The notes under the pieces are model-generated. The model was not told the DNA's origin. It worked only from the letters and a program-made list of their open reading frames with translations, and did not search any database. A stretch of DNA of 61,348 nucleotides, counting the filler. It is 5 parts of 5 records of this genome, joined end to end, with 100 filler letters (N's around TTAATTAATTAA, not from the genome) between each part and the next. Parts side by side here need not be neighbours in the genome. Positions count along the whole stretch, not along the records: positions 15,525 to 42,843 come from SRR31156797_24041; 4 more parts are not named here. One strand, written 5' to 3'. The position numbers and the translations under genes are program-made. Within the stretch, counting starts at the first letter, position 1. Each line of letters starts with the position of its first letter. Positions 18,950 through 30,568 of the stretch are shown piece after piece.

Positions 18950-19285
18950 ATGGAAATCAAGGCAGTTGCAAGGTTTGTGAGGGTCTCTCCCCAAAAGGTT
19001 CGTTTGGTGATGGCACAGGTTCGGGGAGAGCGGGTTGAAGATGCGTTGGGTTTACTCTCCTTTGCGCCCCAAAAGGGCGCCAAAATCCTTAAAAAATTGG
19101 TCGATTCTGCGGTAGCCAATGCGCAGGAGAATACGGACATGGATGTGGACAATCTCTACATCTCAAAAATTTATGCGGATGAAGGCCCCACTCAAAAAAG
19201 GTGGCGCCCCAGGGCTTTGGGACGGGCAACTAAAATACTCAAAAGGACCAGCCACTTGACCGTTGTTTTAGATGAAAAGTCATAA
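18950..19285 (+). CDS. rplV: 50S ribosomal protein L22
   Basis: SPQKVRLV, SAVANA, KRTSHLTV. Confidence 0.97.
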   Translation: MEIKAVARFVRVSPQKVRLVMAQVRGERVEDALGLLSFAPQKGAKILKKLVDSAVANAQENTDMDVDNLYISKIYADEGPTQKRWRPRALGRATKILKRTSHLTVVLDEKS

Positions 19286-19341
19286 GCGGGATATTATTGT
19301 TTAACCGGAAAAGGGTCTCTCGAACACACTGGAGGTGAATA

Positions 19342-20001
19342 TTGGGACAAAAAGTTCATCCAATCAGCTTTAGATTGGGAATCATCAGGAATTGGGATTC
19401 AAGGTGGTTTGCTGGGGATCAGTATAGCACCTTTGTCTATGAAGACTATAAAATTCGGCAGTTCTTGAAGAAACGCGTATATCAGGCCGGTGTGTCAAAG
19501 ATCGAGATCGAGAGAGCCGCTAGCAAGGTGCGCATCAGGATGCATACTGCTCGGCCGGGTATTGTGATTGGAAAAAAAGGCGTTGAAATCGAGAAAACAA
19601 AAAAAGATCTTGAGAAAATGATCAAACGCGATGTTATCCTCGATATTCAGGAAGTGCGAAAAGCAGAAGTGGATGCCCAGCTGGTTGCGGAAAATGTCGC
19701 CACGCAGCTGGTGCGACGCGTTGCCTTCAGAAGGGCCATGAAAAAAAGTGTCACTTCAGCCTTGAGATTTGGTGCACAGGGAATAAAAATAGCCTGCAGT
19801 GGCAGATTGGGCGGTGCGGAGATGGCGCGCCGGGAATGGTACCGGGAAGGGAGGGTACCGCTTCACACGATCCGGGCAAATATAGATTACGGATTTGCGG
19901 AAGCTTTTACAACATATGGTGTTATAGGCGTAAAGGTTACGATCTTTAAGGGCGAAATCTTGCCTGAGAAGAAACAGAAAGTAGGAACAGCAGATGCTTA
20001 G
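19342..20001 (+). CDS. rpsC: 30S ribosomal protein S3
   Basis: [29 protein letters not shown] start. Confidence 0.98.
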   Translation: MGQKVHPISFRLGIIRNWDSRWFAGDQYSTFVYEDYKIRQFLKKRVYQAGVSKIEIERAASKVRIRMHTARPGIVIGKKGVEIEKTKKDLEKMIKRDVILDIQEVRKAEVDAQLVAENVATQLVRRVAFRRAMKKSVTSALRFGAQGIKIACSGRLGGAEMARREWYREGRVPLHTIRANIDYGFAEAFTTYGVIGVKVTIFKGEILPEKKQKVGTADA

Positions 20002-20404
20002 CCCAAAAAAAGTAAAATATCGTAAAAGGCAGAAGGGCAGAACCAAAGGAAAAGCGCTTCGGGGCGGTACACTGGAGTTCGGTGAATTCGGCTTGCAGGC
20101 CATGGAGTGCGGATTGATGTCTGCCCAGCAGATTGAAGCTGCCAGGATTGCAATGACGCGGCATGTGAAGCGTGGCGGAAAAGTCTGGATCAGGATATTT
20201 CCGGATAAACCCGTTGGGAAGAAGCCGCTCGAAACCAGAATGGGCAAGGGAAAAGGTGCCCCGGATGGTTGGGTCGCCGTTGTCAAGCCCGGACGTGTGC
20301 TGTATGAATTGGAAGGTGTTCCGAAGGAAGTAGCCGGAGAAGCGTTTCGTCTTGCAGGGCACAAGCTGCCTTTTGGCACCAGATTCATAAGCAGGAGTGA
20401 TTAA
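19994..20404 (+). CDS. rplP: 50S ribosomal protein L16
   Basis: [27 protein letters not shown]. Confidence 0.98.
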   Translation: MLSPKKVKYRKRQKGRTKGKALRGGTLEFGEFGLQAMECGLMSAQQIEAARIAMTRHVKRGGKVWIRIFPDKPVGKKPLETRMGKGKGAPDGWVAVVKPGRVLYELEGVPKEVAGEAFRLAGHKLPFGTRFISRSD

Positions 20405-20407
20405 GTC

Positions 20408-20611
20408 ATGAAGGCCACGGAACTTAGAGAACTGAGCGTTGAGGAGCTGGAAGAGCGTGCAAGGGAGACGGGCCAGGAACTTTTCAACCTTCGGTTTCAG
20501 AAAGCGACCGGACAGTTGGGAAACACCGCCATGATTAAAAAGTCCAAAAGAAATTTGGCGCGTGTTAAAACGATAATCAGGGAAATGGAAATTTCAGGCC
20601 CCAAGTCATAA
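20408..20611 (+). CDS. rpmC: 50S ribosomal protein L29
   Basis: ELFNLRFQKATGQL, ARVKT. Confidence 0.96.
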   Translation: MKATELRELSVEELEERARETGQELFNLRFQKATGQLGNTAMIKKSKRNLARVKTIIREMEISGPKS

Positions 20612-20636
20612 AATGGGCAAATAACATGAGGGTGTG

Positions 20637-20903
20637 ATGAAAGAGCGTGGACAGCAAAGAAAACTGGTTGGCACTGTTATGGGTAATCAGTCAGATAAAA
20701 CCGTTTTGGTAATGGTTGAACGGTTAACAAAACATGCGACCTATGGAAAATACATGCGGAAGCGTTCCAAATATATGGCCCATGATTCCCAAAACAGTTG
20801 TGGTATTGGTGATAAGGTGAGGATTGTTGAAAGTCGACCCATCAGCAAGCGTAAACGATGGGCAGTGGCTGATATTATCGAGAAGGGAAATATTGCGGAC
20901 TAA
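20637..20903 (+). CDS. rpsQ: 30S ribosomal protein S17
   Basis: DKTVLV, AHD, GDKVRIVESRPISK. Confidence 0.96.
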   Translation: MKERGQQRKLVGTVMGNQSDKTVLVMVERLTKHATYGKYMRKRSKYMAHDSQNSCGIGDKVRIVESRPISKRKRWAVADIIEKGNIAD

Positions 20904-20937
20904 TATTGCGCGATATTGATTCATCGGAGCTGAGCAG

Positions 20938-21306
20938 ATGATACAGACTGAAACGAGATTAAGAATAGCCGATAATTCCGGGGCCAAAGTTGTCTCCTGT
21001 ATAAAGGTTTTGGGTGGATCCAAAAGACGATATGCATATGTTGGAGATATCATTGTGGTGGCGGTTAAGGAAGCGATGCCCAACTCCAAAGTGAAAAAGG
21101 GCGACGTGGTCAAAGCGGTCATTGTCAGGACAGCGAAGGAGATCAGAAGGCCTGATGGATCTCATATTAAATTTGATGATAACTCCGCAGTCTTAATCAA
21201 CCCACAAAGTGAACCTATCGGAACGAGAATCTTTGGACCGGTTGCAAGAGAATTAAGAAGTAAGAATTTTATGAAAATTATTTCTTTGGCTCCGGAAGTT
21301 CTTTGA
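20938..21306 (+). CDS. rplN: 50S ribosomal protein L14
   Basis: [26 protein letters not shown]. Confidence 0.98.
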   Translation: MIQTETRLRIADNSGAKVVSCIKVLGGSKRRYAYVGDIIVVAVKEAMPNSKVKKGDVVKAVIVRTAKEIRRPDGSHIKFDDNSAVLINPQSEPIGTRIFGPVARELRSKNFMKIISLAPEVL

Positions 21307-21363
21307 GAAGCGGTTGATTTCTTTTTTTGCGGGACCCGGCATTTTCGGGCAGGAGTAAACGGC

Positions 21364-21693
21364 GTGCGGAAAAAACATCCAAGAATAAAAAAAAATGACA
21401 AAGTCATTGTGCTTGTTGGAAAAGAAAAAGGGAAAATCGGCACGGTTTTAAAGGTTGATGTTGAAAAGGAAAAGTTGATTGTTGAAAAAGTCAACATGGT
21501 CAAAAGGCATTCCAAGCCGAATCCGCAGATGGGACAGGGCGGCATCATTGAAAAAGAAGCACCTCTCAGGATTTCAAATGTGATGCTCGTTTGCGACAAA
21601 TGCGCTGAACCAACACGTATCGGAAAGCGCCTATTAGAGGATGGATCAAGGATACGTGTTTGTAAGAAATGCGGAGAGCCACTGGACAAGTAG
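21364..21693 (+). CDS. rplX: 50S ribosomal protein L24
   Basis: KOW GKEKGK, GGIIEKEAP, ISNV; GTG start. Confidence 0.96.
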   Translation: MRKKHPRIKKNDKVIVLVGKEKGKIGTVLKVDVEKEKLIVEKVNMVKRHSKPNPQMGQGGIIEKEAPLRISNVMLVCDKCAEPTRIGKRLLEDGSRIRVCKKCGEPLDK

Positions 21694-21806
21694 GCAAAGT
21701 CCGGTGACCGGTAGGTTTGCCTGGAACCTTTTCATCCGTATTGTGATCTAAGCAAATGTTTTCCAGGTTTACATAAAGAGAGCCTGAAACCTTGGAGGGT
21801 GAATCG

Positions 21807-22346
21807 TTGTCTCGATTGAAGGAAAAATACAATTCCGAAGTGGTGCCTGCTTTGATGAAGGAGTTCAAATATTCGAGCAGCATGGCGGTACCTCGAATTA
21901 AAAAAGTTGTTTTAAATATGGGCCTGGGTGAAGCAATCCAGAATATTAAAATTCTTGATGCCGGTGTTAATGAACTCAGTATGATTGCCGGTCAAAAGGC
22001 TGTTGTTACCAAGGCCAGAAAGTCCATTGCCGGGTTCAAACTGAGAGAAGGGATGCCGATCGGTTGTATGGTTACGCTCAGGCGTAAGCGCATGTACGAA
22101 TTCCTGGACAAACTTTTTAATGCTTCATTGGCGAGGGTTCGCGATTTCAGGGGTATTAAGGGTAAAGTCTTTGACGGCAGGGGGAATTGCAGTCTCGGCG
22201 TAAAAGAATTTATTGTTTTTCCTGAGATTGATTATGACAAAGTTGATAGAATGAAAGGCCTGAATATCACCATCGTAACCACGGCTGGAAGTGATGAAGA
22301 AAGCCGCTTTATGCTGAAGCATTTGGGGATGCCTTTCCGAAACTAA
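21807..22346 (+). CDS. rplE: 50S ribosomal protein L5
   Basis: [27 protein letters not shown] start after GGAGGGTGA. Confidence 0.97.
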   Translation: MSRLKEKYNSEVVPALMKEFKYSSSMAVPRIKKVVLNMGLGEAIQNIKILDAGVNELSMIAGQKAVVTKARKSIAGFKLREGMPIGCMVTLRRKRMYEFLDKLFNASLARVRDFRGIKGKVFDGRGNCSLGVKEFIVFPEIDYDKVDRMKGLNITIVTTAGSDEESRFMLKHLGMPFRN

Positions 22347-22373
22347 AGTTGGTGTATTAAAGAGGGGGTTATT

Positions 22374-22559
22374 TTGGCTAGGAAGTCGCTTGTTGTAAAA
22401 GCCCAAAGAAAACCAAAGTTTTCGAGCCGTCAGTACAACCGTTGCCCGATATGTGGACGGCGGAGGGCCTATTTAAGAACATTCGGTATTTGCCGTATCT
22501 GTTTCAGGAACATGGCCTCACGAGGAGAACTCCCTGGGGTGGTAAAATCGAGCTGGTAA
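22374..22559 (+). CDS. rpsN: 30S ribosomal protein S14 (Zn-binding type Z)
   Basis: 61 aa, RCPICGR...CRICFR; TTG start. Confidence 0.96.
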   Translation: MARKSLVVKAQRKPKFSSRQYNRCPICGRRRAYLRTFGICRICFRNMASRGELPGVVKSSW

Positions 22560-22627
22560 ATTTAGTAATTTTTCGATCCTAAGCCCGAAAAGGTCCGGAT
22601 TGGAATAATCAGGGGGCAGAGTGAACA

Positions 22628-23026
22628 ATGAGTATGACGGATCCGGTTGCTGACATGCTGACGCGTATTCGAAACGCCATGAGGGCAGCACATGAACTTG
22701 TTAACATTCCGAGTTCCAAATTAAAAATTAATTTGGCCAATGTCCTTAAATCAGAGGGCTATATCAAAAATCTCAGGCTTATTTCCGATGGCCAGCATCG
22801 ATACATCAGGGTGTTTCTGAAATTTGACAAAAATGGCGTTCCCGTCATTGAAGGGCTGAAACGGATAAGCAAGCCAAGTTGCCGTGTGTATGCGGGGTAT
22901 AATGAAATACCCGAGGTTTTGAACGGGTACGGGGTGAATATCGTTTCGACCTCCAAAGGGATTATGACGGATCGCGAGGCGCGGGAAAAAAAAGTGGGTG
23001 GTGAAATTCTCTGTGCTGTTTGGTAG
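22628..23026 (+). CDS. rpsH: 30S ribosomal protein S8
   Basis: [24 protein letters not shown]. Confidence 0.98.
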   Translation: MSMTDPVADMLTRIRNAMRAAHELVNIPSSKLKINLANVLKSEGYIKNLRLISDGQHRYIRVFLKFDKNGVPVIEGLKRISKPSCRVYAGYNEIPEVLNGYGVNIVSTSKGIMTDREAREKKVGGEILCAVW

Positions 23027-23067
23027 AATTTTAAGATGTAATAAATGCAAAAACTTGGAGGTTTTTG

Positions 23068-23607
23068 ATGTCACGCATAGGCAAGCAGCCCATCCCCATA
23101 ACAAAAGATGTTGAGGTCAAGATTAACGGGGACATGTTGACCGTGAAAGGGCCGAAGGGCGTACTGGAACGTCGTATCCACAATAAGATTGGGGTGGAAA
23201 TCAGTGGCGAGAAACTATTGATTACCGCGCGCGATAACCTTAGGGAAACACGGGCCCTTCACGGGCTTTTCGGGGCGCTTCTTTCAAATATGGTCACGGG
23301 TGTGACCAAAGGGTTTGAGAGGGCACTGGAAATTGTAGGGGTCGGGTACCGGGCGGAACTGAAAGGTAGAACGGCCATTTTCAACCTTGGATATTCAAAC
23401 CCGATTAATTTCGAACTTCCCGATGGCATCGATGCAAACGTGGATAAAAATAAGATTGTACTCATGGGGATTGATAAAGAACTGGTTGGCAGGACAGCCG
23501 CCAAAATCCGAAGTCTCCGGAAACCTGAGCCTTATAAAGGCAAAGGGGTTAAATATGTGGATGAAACGATTCGGAGAAAAGCAGGAAAGGCTGGGGCGGC
23601 CAAGTAA
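23068..23607 (+). CDS. rplF: 50S ribosomal protein L6
   Basis: MSRIGK, GVGYRA, PEPYKGKG. Confidence 0.98.
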   Translation: MSRIGKQPIPITKDVEVKINGDMLTVKGPKGVLERRIHNKIGVEISGEKLLITARDNLRETRALHGLFGALLSNMVTGVTKGFERALEIVGVGYRAELKGRTAIFNLGYSNPINFELPDGIDANVDKNKIVLMGIDKELVGRTAAKIRSLRKPEPYKGKGVKYVDETIRRKAGKAGAAK

Positions 23608-23643
23608 AATAGGTTGCACAAACTGGAAGAAGGGAAGTCAGAA

Positions 23644-24012
23644 ATGGGTGCCGAGAGTAGCGGGAAGCGAAGGTTAAAACGAAAAATGCGCGTCAGGAAG
23701 CGCGTTAAGGGAAGTTCAGAGAGGCCTCGTTTGTGTGTTTTCAGGAGCGGTAAGCATATTTATGCTCAGGTGATTGATGATACCACAGGTCAAACGCTGG
23801 TCACGGCCTCTTCCGTGGCAAAAGATCTGGCTTCCAAGATAGGTAAAGATGGCGGGAACAAGAAAGGCGCTGCCGTTGTCGGCACAGCCATTGGGACCGC
23901 GGCCCTTGCGAAGGGGATAACCAAAATTGCATTTGATCGAAATGGTTTTTTATACCATGGACGGATAGAAGCCCTATCAAATGCAGCGAGGAAATGTGGC
24001 CTTCAGTTCTGA
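23644..24012 (+). CDS. rplR: 50S ribosomal protein L18
   Basis: RPRLCVFRS, HIYAQVIDD, FDRNGFLYHGR. Confidence 0.96.
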   Translation: MGAESSGKRRLKRKMRVRKRVKGSSERPRLCVFRSGKHIYAQVIDDTTGQTLVTASSVAKDLASKIGKDGGNKKGAAVVGTAIGTAALAKGITKIAFDRNGFLYHGRIEALSNAARKCGLQF

Positions 24013-24140
24013 TGCGGCCGGTTTCCCGGGTTTTGTAACAGGGAAACGGATGGATGTTTTGGGGTTCCTCATCCGGATTTGTAAAAGATGGATTTGCGGG
24101 ACAAAAATGCGGTTTCTGATAAAGGTGGGGGAGAGTTCCA

Positions 24141-24662
24141 TTGTTTGAAGGAGATGATGAAGTTCAGCTAATTGAAAAGGTGGTCCACATTAACCGCGTG
24201 GCGAAGGTTGTAAAGGGCGGCCGACGGTTCAGTTTTAGCGCCATCGTCGTTGTGGGTGATGGCAATGGAAATGTTGGTTGTGGGCTTGGCAAAGCAAATC
24301 AGGTACCTGAAGCGATCAGGAAAGGTATTGAAAAGGCCAGGAAGGATATGACCCCGGTAAGTTTGCATGAGTCCTCCATTCCCTATGAGATTATCGGGAA
24401 ATGGGGTGCCGGTCGTGTGCTCTTAAAACCTGCGGGTCCTGGTACGGGTTTGATTGCGGGTGGCGGGGTTCGTGCGGTTTTAGAGGCGGCAGGGGTGCAG
24501 AATATCCTGACGAAATGTCTGGGATCCCATAATGCCCATAATATTGTAAAAGCCACCGTTATAGGATTAAGGTCACTGCGTGATCCGGCTGAGATCATGG
24601 CCCGAAGGGGAATTGCAATGGAAAACGCGGGAGCAGGCGCCGGGGATTCAACGGTCAGATAA
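24141..24662 (+). CDS. rpsE: 30S ribosomal protein S5
   Basis: [27 protein letters not shown] start. Confidence 0.97.
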   Translation: MFEGDDEVQLIEKVVHINRVAKVVKGGRRFSFSAIVVVGDGNGNVGCGLGKANQVPEAIRKGIEKARKDMTPVSLHESSIPYEIIGKWGAGRVLLKPAGPGTGLIAGGGVRAVLEAAGVQNILTKCLGSHNAHNIVKATVIGLRSLRDPAEIMARRGIAMENAGAGAGDSTVR

Positions 24663-24729
24663 ATTTAAATAGAGGAAATAGTTGCCGACAGGATCTGTTT
24701 CCAATGCTTTTGTAAGAGAGCCTGAAACC

Positions 24730-24906
24730 ATGAAAGAGACGATAAAAATTACCCTTGTAAAGAGCGGCATTGGTAAAAATAAAAAAATTCGAGATACTTT
24801 GACAGGGCTCGGCCTGACCAAGTTGTGGAAAACCGTTGAGTTGGAAAATACGCCGGCGATCAGAGGTATGATCAACAAAGTTTCATTTCTGGTGAAAATA
24901 GGTTGA
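24730..24906 (+). CDS. rpmD: 50S ribosomal protein L30
   Basis: [22 protein letters not shown]. Confidence 0.95.
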   Translation: MKETIKITLVKSGIGKNKKIRDTLTGLGLTKLWKTVELENTPAIRGMINKVSFLVKIG

Positions 24907-24924
24907 GAAAGATGGGACAAGGCA

Positions 24925-25365
24925 ATGAAAATTAATGAACTTTCACCCGCTGAAGGGTCAAGACGAGCACGAAAGAGAGTTGGCAGGGGCCCCGGTTCCG
25001 GGCATGGGAAGACCAGTTGCAGGGGGCATAAGGGACAGAAGTCACGTTCAGGGGGCGGGATCCGTCCCGGGTTTGAAGGGGGACAGATGCCCATACATCG
25101 GCGCCTTCCAAAACGTGGGTTCAAGAATCCTTTTCGTAAAGAATACTGCGTCGTTAATGTGGGTGATCTGAACGATTTTGCGCCCAATACCCAATTGGAT
25201 CCGGACTCCTTAAAAAAGGCAGGTCTGGTATGGAAGATGCTCGACGGTGTTAAATTGCTTGGAACCGGCGAAATTTCACATCCCCTGATAGTTCGGATTC
25301 ACAAAATTAGTCATTCGGCAAGAACGAAAATAGAGGGCGCCGGGGGCAAGGTGGAAATTATCTAA
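24925..25365 (+). CDS. rplO: 50S ribosomal protein L15
   Basis: RVGRGPGSG, GFEGGQMP, RRLPKRGF. Confidence 0.98.
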   Translation: MKINELSPAEGSRRARKRVGRGPGSGHGKTSCRGHKGQKSRSGGGIRPGFEGGQMPIHRRLPKRGFKNPFRKEYCVVNVGDLNDFAPNTQLDPDSLKKAGLVWKMLDGVKLLGTGEISHPLIVRIHKISHSARTKIEGAGGKVEII

Positions 25366-25425
25366 TTTTTTTGTTTTCCGTAAGTCTGGCGGTTCCCTTA
25401 AAAAACCATGATGTGAGATAATTGA

Positions 25426-26739
25426 ATGATTGGTGGCCTACAGAATATTCCTAAGATTCCCGAGTTGAAGAAAAAGATTCTGTTTACTCTGTTAATGCTT
25501 GCCGTTTACCGGGTTGGGTGTCATATTCCAACGCCCGGAATTGACGGGGCTGCATTGGCTGCTTTTTTCGGTGCCAGGCAGGGAACGCTTTTTGGACTTT
25601 TTGACATGTTTTCGGGCGGTGCACTAAGCCAGATGTCGGTCATGGCCCTCGGTATCATGCCATACATCAGTGCTTCCATCATATTGGAATTGATGACCGT
25701 TGTCGTTCCCTATCTTGAAAAGCTGAAAAAGGAAGGGGAACAGGGTCGGAAAAAAATTACCCAGTATACCCGTTATGGGACGGTTGTTTTAAGTGTCATA
25801 CAGGGTTTTGGAATTGCGGTAGGCCTTGAGAACATGAGCAGTCCCGGGGGCGTGATGGTGGTGCCCGTGGGCGGTTGGGGATTTCGTATCCTGACTGTTA
25901 TAACACTCACGGCAGGAACATCCTTTCTCATGTGGCTGGGTGAACAGATCACGGAAAGAGGAATTGGAAACGGTATATCTCTGATCATTTTTTCAGGGAT
26001 TGTGGCGGGTCTTCCCGTGGCGGTTATGAACAGTTTCAGGCTCATGGGGACCGGTGAGTTAACCCCCTTCTTTATGGTGCTCATTTTGGCCCTGATGATT
26101 GTTGTTGTGGGTGTGATCGTTTTTGTTGAGCGGGGACAGCGAAGAATTCCGGTTCAATATGCCAAACGGGTGGTGGGTCGAAAAATGTATGGGGGGCAGA
26201 CCACGCATCTTCCGTTGAAAGTGAACACGGCAGGCGTTATACCGCCCATATTCGCCTCTTCAATTATCATGTTTCCGGCCACCATTGCCAATTTTCTCAG
26301 TGTGGAAGAATATCCTTGGCTCCAACATGTTGTCAATGCCTTGGCCCCCGGGCACATTATCTACACACTGATTTATGTGACGTTCATTTTCTTCTTCTGC
26401 TATTTTTATACAGCGGTTCATTTTAATCCGGTGGATGTTGCCGATAACATGAAACGTTCCGGTGGATTTATTCCCGGCATCAGGCCCGGGAAAAATACGG
26501 CGGAATATATTGATCGAGTTTTGACAAGACTCACATTTTCCGGGGCCATTTACGTTTCGGCAGTTTGTATTTTGCCCAATATTTTGATTTATCATTTGAA
26601 TGTTCCTTTTTACTTTGGTGGTACCGCTCTGTTGATCGTGGTGGGTGTTGCAATGGATACAACCAATCAGATTGAGTCCCATATGCTGACCCGTCACTAT
26701 GATGGCTTCATGAAAAAGGGCTTCGGTAAAACAAGATAA
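25426..26739 (+). CDS. secY: Preprotein translocase SecY
   Basis: [41 protein letters not shown]. Confidence 0.99.
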   Translation: MIGGLQNIPKIPELKKKILFTLLMLAVYRVGCHIPTPGIDGAALAAFFGARQGTLFGLFDMFSGGALSQMSVMALGIMPYISASIILELMTVVVPYLEKLKKEGEQGRKKITQYTRYGTVVLSVIQGFGIAVGLENMSSPGGVMVVPVGGWGFRILTVITLTAGTSFLMWLGEQITERGIGNGISLIIFSGIVAGLPVAVMNSFRLMGTGELTPFFMVLILALMIVVVGVIVFVERGQRRIPVQYAKRVVGRKMYGGQTTHLPLKVNTAGVIPPIFASSIIMFPATIANFLSVEEYPWLQHVVNALAPGHIIYTLIYVTFIFFFCYFYTAVHFNPVDVADNMKRSGGFIPGIRPGKNTAEYIDRVLTRLTFSGAIYVSAVCILPNILIYHLNVPFYFGGTALLIVVGVAMDTTNQIESHMLTRHYDGFMKKGFGKTR

Positions 26740-26834
26740 ACCGGTTTCCATAATGGCCTGAATCCGAGTTGGCAATGAGTTAAGTTTTTTAATCTGGCGT
26801 TTTGAAAAGCGTATTCAACCGCAGGATTGAAACA

Positions 26835-27053
26835 ATGGGCAAAGATGAATCCATTGAAGTTGAAGGTGTTGTGATTGAGACCCTGCCCAACGCTGAATTT
26901 AGAGTTGAATTAAAGAATGGTCACAGGGTTTTGGGTCACATATCCGGAAAAATACGGCGGAAATTCATTAAAATTTTGTCGGGGGATGTGGTGACCATAG
27001 AGCTGAATCCCTACGATTTGAGCCGGGGACGGATTATTTACAAATCATCGTAG
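26835..27053 (+). CDS. infA: Translation initiation factor IF-1
   Basis: [26 protein letters not shown]. Confidence 0.96.
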   Translation: MGKDESIEVEGVVIETLPNAEFRVELKNGHRVLGHISGKIRRKFIKILSGDVVTIELNPYDLSRGRIIYKSS

Positions 27054-27102
27054 GTGCGCTGAACGTTGATGGATATCCAATTAACAAGGAACGGGTGCGG
27101 TT

Positions 27103-27216
27103 ATGAAAGTGAGACCATCGGTTAAGAAGATGTGCAAGAAGTGCAAGATTATTCGGAGACACGGTAAAACCCGTGTGATATGTGAAAACCCTCGTCATAA
27201 GCAGAGGCAGGGATAG
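27103..27216 (+). CDS. rpmJ: 50S ribosomal protein L36 (37 aa, below ORF-track cutoff)
   Basis: [37 protein letters not shown]. Confidence 0.97.
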   Translation: MKVRPSVKKMCKKCKIIRRHGKTRVICENPRHKQRQG

Positions 27217-27303
27217 GTTTTTCCCTATTGTAACAGATCACCGGTAGAGACCTATGCTGGTAACTGTTGATGCAACAATCAGGTGTGAAAGAGGAGCTAA
27301 AGA

Positions 27304-27672
27304 TTGGCAAGGATCGCAGGCGTCGATTTACCAAGAGGAAAGAGGATAGAGATCGCTCTGACGTACATATACGGTATCGGGAGGACTTCTTCCCAGAAAA
27401 TGCTTTCCGAAGCAGGTATTGATTGGGATACCAAGTCGGATGAGTTGACCTCTGAACAGATCGCCGGTATTCGAAAGATCATTGATGAAAAATATACCGT
27501 TGAGGGTGATCTCAGGCGTGAAGTGTCCATGAACATCAAGAGGCTTATGGACTTACGTCTCTATAGAGGTTTAAGGCACAGGCGCGGGCTGCCGGTCCGG
27601 GGGCAGAGAACCAGCACCAATGCCAGGACGAGAAAGGGCCCCAGAAGGGGCGTGGTGGGGAAACGGAAGTAA
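27304..27672 (+). CDS. rpsM: 30S ribosomal protein S13
   Basis: [29 protein letters not shown] start. Confidence 0.98.
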   Translation: MARIAGVDLPRGKRIEIALTYIYGIGRTSSQKMLSEAGIDWDTKSDELTSEQIAGIRKIIDEKYTVEGDLRREVSMNIKRLMDLRLYRGLRHRRGLPVRGQRTSTNARTRKGPRRGVVGKRK

Positions 27673-27692
27673 TAGAGAATTGAGGAAATAGA

Positions 27693-28088
27693 ATGGCAAG
27701 AGCCGAAAAAAAGAAAGGTCGGTCCAAGCGGGAGAAGAAAAACATCCCGACGGGGATTGTTCATATCCAGTCCACTTTCAATAACACCATTGTTACCATC
27801 ACGGATCCGAGCGGTAATGTTATCGCCCAATCAAGTGCGGGCCGGGGCGGCATAAAAGGCTCAAGAAAGAGTACGCCTTTCGCAGCACAAATCGCAGGGC
27901 GTGATGCGGTCAGAAAAGCCATGGACCAGGGGATGCGTGTGGCTGAAGTCCGTGTCAAGGGCCCAGGCGTTGGTCGTGAAGCGGCGCTTCGTTCGCTTCA
28001 AGTTGAAGGATTTACCGTTACCATGATCCGGGACGTCACACCCATACCCCATAACGGTTGTCGGCCTCCGAAAAGGCGAAGGGTTTAA
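27693..28088 (+). CDS. rpsK: 30S ribosomal protein S11
   Basis: [32 protein letters not shown]. Confidence 0.98.
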   Translation: MARAEKKKGRSKREKKNIPTGIVHIQSTFNNTIVTITDPSGNVIAQSSAGRGGIKGSRKSTPFAAQIAGRDAVRKAMDQGMRVAEVRVKGPGVGREAALRSLQVEGFTVTMIRDVTPIPHNGCRPPKRRRV

Positions 28089-28177
28089 TTTGACAGCTTT
28101 TTATATTTATAAATTGAAATTCGCATGTTCGGGACCACGAACATGGGAAACAAATATTGAAGGTAGGAGGGGCTAGC

Positions 28178-28807
28178 TTGGCTAGATATACGGATTCTTC
28201 ATGCAGGTTGTGCCGACGTGAAAACTTGAAACTATTTCTCAAGGGGGATCGTTGTTACGGCGATAAATGCGCATTTGAGAGACGGGCCTACGCGCCCGGA
28301 CAACATGGCCAGAGAAGAGGGGGGAAACTCTCTGACTACAGCCAGCAGCTCAGAGAGAAACAAAAAGTAAAAAGGATTTATGGTATTTTAGAGAAACAGT
28401 TCAAAGGGTATTACTACAGGGCTGAAAAGCAAAAGGGTATTACCGGGACAAATCTACTGCTTCTGCTGGAAAGTAGATTGGATAATATTGTGTATAAGAT
28501 GGGTTTTGCAGCATCAAGAACTCAGGCCCGGCAGTTGATCAGACATAATCACTTTATGGTGAATCAGAGAAAAGTCAACATACCTTCATACCAGGTTAAA
28601 GTGGGTGATGTGGTTGAGGCAAAAGAAAAAAGCCGAGAAGTTTCTCAGATTATTGAGGCGATGGAGACTGTGGTCAGGCGGGGTGTTCCGGGCTGGATGG
28701 AAGTAGAAAAGGAAGCTTTCAAGGGGACAATGACAGGGCTTCCTAACCGAGAAGATCTCACGATGCCGATTCAGGAGCAGCTTATTGTGGAATTGTACTC
28801 GAAGTAG
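28178..28807 (+). CDS. rpsD: 30S ribosomal protein S4
   Basis: [31 protein letters not shown] start after AGGAGG. Confidence 0.98.
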   Translation: MARYTDSSCRLCRRENLKLFLKGDRCYGDKCAFERRAYAPGQHGQRRGGKLSDYSQQLREKQKVKRIYGILEKQFKGYYYRAEKQKGITGTNLLLLLESRLDNIVYKMGFAASRTQARQLIRHNHFMVNQRKVNIPSYQVKVGDVVEAKEKSREVSQIIEAMETVVRRGVPGWMEVEKEAFKGTMTGLPNREDLTMPIQEQLIVELYSK

Positions 28808-28874
28808 GGTTTTTGGACCGATACGTTACTGAGAGAGCATTTCAAATCGTGAATTAATCAATGGGGGGGCTTTT

Positions 28875-30029
28875 TTGGCAGATCTAAAAAGCAGAAATTG
28901 GCGGGAATTGATAAAGCCAAAACGGATTGAAATCGATCAAGACACCAATACAAATACCTATGGAAAATTTGTATGTGAGCCGCTTGAAAGGGGTTTTGGC
29001 ATCACGATCGGTAATTCGTTGAGACGAATTCTGCTGTCATCCCTGCAGGGGGCGGCGATCGTTTCCGTCAAATTTGACGGCGTCGTTCACGAGTTCTCCA
29101 GTATGCCGGGTGTATTGGAGGATGTTACCGATATTATTCTCAATCTGAAGGAGGTTAAACTTAAAACCCTTGATGTTGAGGAGGCCGTTGTCCGCATCAA
29201 ACGTGAAGGTGAGGGGGTGGTCTCCGCAGGGGATATTGAGACGGACGGTTTCGTTGAAATACTTGAACCGGATCAGCACATCGCCACCATGAATAAAGAA
29301 GGCAAATTGGACATGGAAATGGTGGTCCGGATGGGGAAAGGGTATGTTCCTGCTGAAAGGATGAAGGACGAAAATGCTCCCATCGGTGTTATTGCCGTTG
29401 ATGCCGCCTTTTCATGCGTTAAAAAAGTGAATTATGTGGTTACCAATTCAAGGGTCGGGCAAGTCACGGATTATGACAAGCTTACGTTGGAGGTTTGGAC
29501 TGACGGCAGCGTTTTCCCTGAAGATGCGGTGGCATTTGCAGCCAAGATCCTCAAGGAACAGATGAACCCGTTTATTAATTTCGAAGAAGAAGTGGAGCCT
29601 GTTGAAGAAGAGGAAATCAGCCAGGACGAAGATGTCAACGAAAATCTTTTTAGACCGGTTTCCGACCTTGAATTGTCCGTTCGCTCTGCCAATTGCCTGC
29701 AAAATGCCAAGATAAATCTTATTGGCGAGTTGGTTCAAAAATCAGATTCGGAAATGCTCAAGACAAAAAACTTTGGACGAAAATCGCTGAACGAAATAAA
29801 AGCCATATTGGCGGATATGGGGCTTTCTCTTGGAATGAAACTCGATTTTTTTACGCCCGCCCATGGGTCTAAGGTAGATGCGGAAAAAATGGATTCGACC
29901 AACGACGAAGAGACGTTTTCCGAGACGGAGAGAAATTCCGAGCCTTCGGTAGAGACGGAAGATATGAATTCAACCGGGCAGGCGGGCCATGTGACGGAAG
30001 AAGAAAGTGACAACAAGGATCAGGAATAG
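28875..30029 (+). CDS. rpoA: RNA polymerase alpha subunit with acidic C-terminal extension
   Basis: [42 protein letters not shown] start. Confidence 0.98.
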   Translation: MADLKSRNWRELIKPKRIEIDQDTNTNTYGKFVCEPLERGFGITIGNSLRRILLSSLQGAAIVSVKFDGVVHEFSSMPGVLEDVTDIILNLKEVKLKTLDVEEAVVRIKREGEGVVSAGDIETDGFVEILEPDQHIATMNKEGKLDMEMVVRMGKGYVPAERMKDENAPIGVIAVDAAFSCVKKVNYVVTNSRVGQVTDYDKLTLEVWTDGSVFPEDAVAFAAKILKEQMNPFINFEEEVEPVEEEEISQDEDVNENLFRPVSDLELSVRSANCLQNAKINLIGELVQKSDSEMLKTKNFGRKSLNEIKAILADMGLSLGMKLDFFTPAHGSKVDAEKMDSTNDEETFSETERNSEPSVETEDMNSTGQAGHVTEEESDNKDQE

Positions 30030-30040
30030 GGGAAAAACCG

Positions 30041-30424
30041 ATGAGGCATAGGAAGGCTGGAAATCAGTTAGGGCGGAATACGAGCCACCGCAGGGCGATG
30101 CTGAGGAATATGGTCACGTCGCTTTTTAAATATGAGCAGATAGAAACCACTGACGCCAAAGCCAAAGCGATCAGGCCGATAGCTGAAAAAATGGTAACGC
30201 TTGCAAAGAGAGGCGATCTGCATGCGCGGCGCCAGGCCTTAAGTTATATGCAGGATAAAGAAGTCACTCACAAGCTTTTCGATGAATTGAAGGATCGGTA
30301 TTTGAACCGACAGGGTGGATACCTCAGAATTATCAAGAAGGGCTTTCGAAAAGGAGATGGTGCTTCCATTTCGGTGGTACAGCTACTGGCTAGCGAAGAG
30401 GGGGAGGCAAACGCAAAGAACTGA
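30041..30424 (+). CDS. rplQ: 50S ribosomal protein L17
   Basis: [20 protein letters not shown]. Confidence 0.97.
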   Translation: MRHRKAGNQLGRNTSHRRAMLRNMVTSLFKYEQIETTDAKAKAIRPIAEKMVTLAKRGDLHARRQALSYMQDKEVTHKLFDELKDRYLNRQGGYLRIIKKGFRKGDGASISVVQLLASEEGEANAKN

Positions 30425-30568
30425 TTGTAAACGGATTTTCTGCTATATAATGGAACTCCTTTTACAGCTCCATGAATTTCATAAATGTTACGTTTGTTCC
30501 CCTGTTAAAGGCATCGAGCATCCGTTCCGTTAAAGACAGGTTATGAAACCAAGCGGGAGATACAATTG

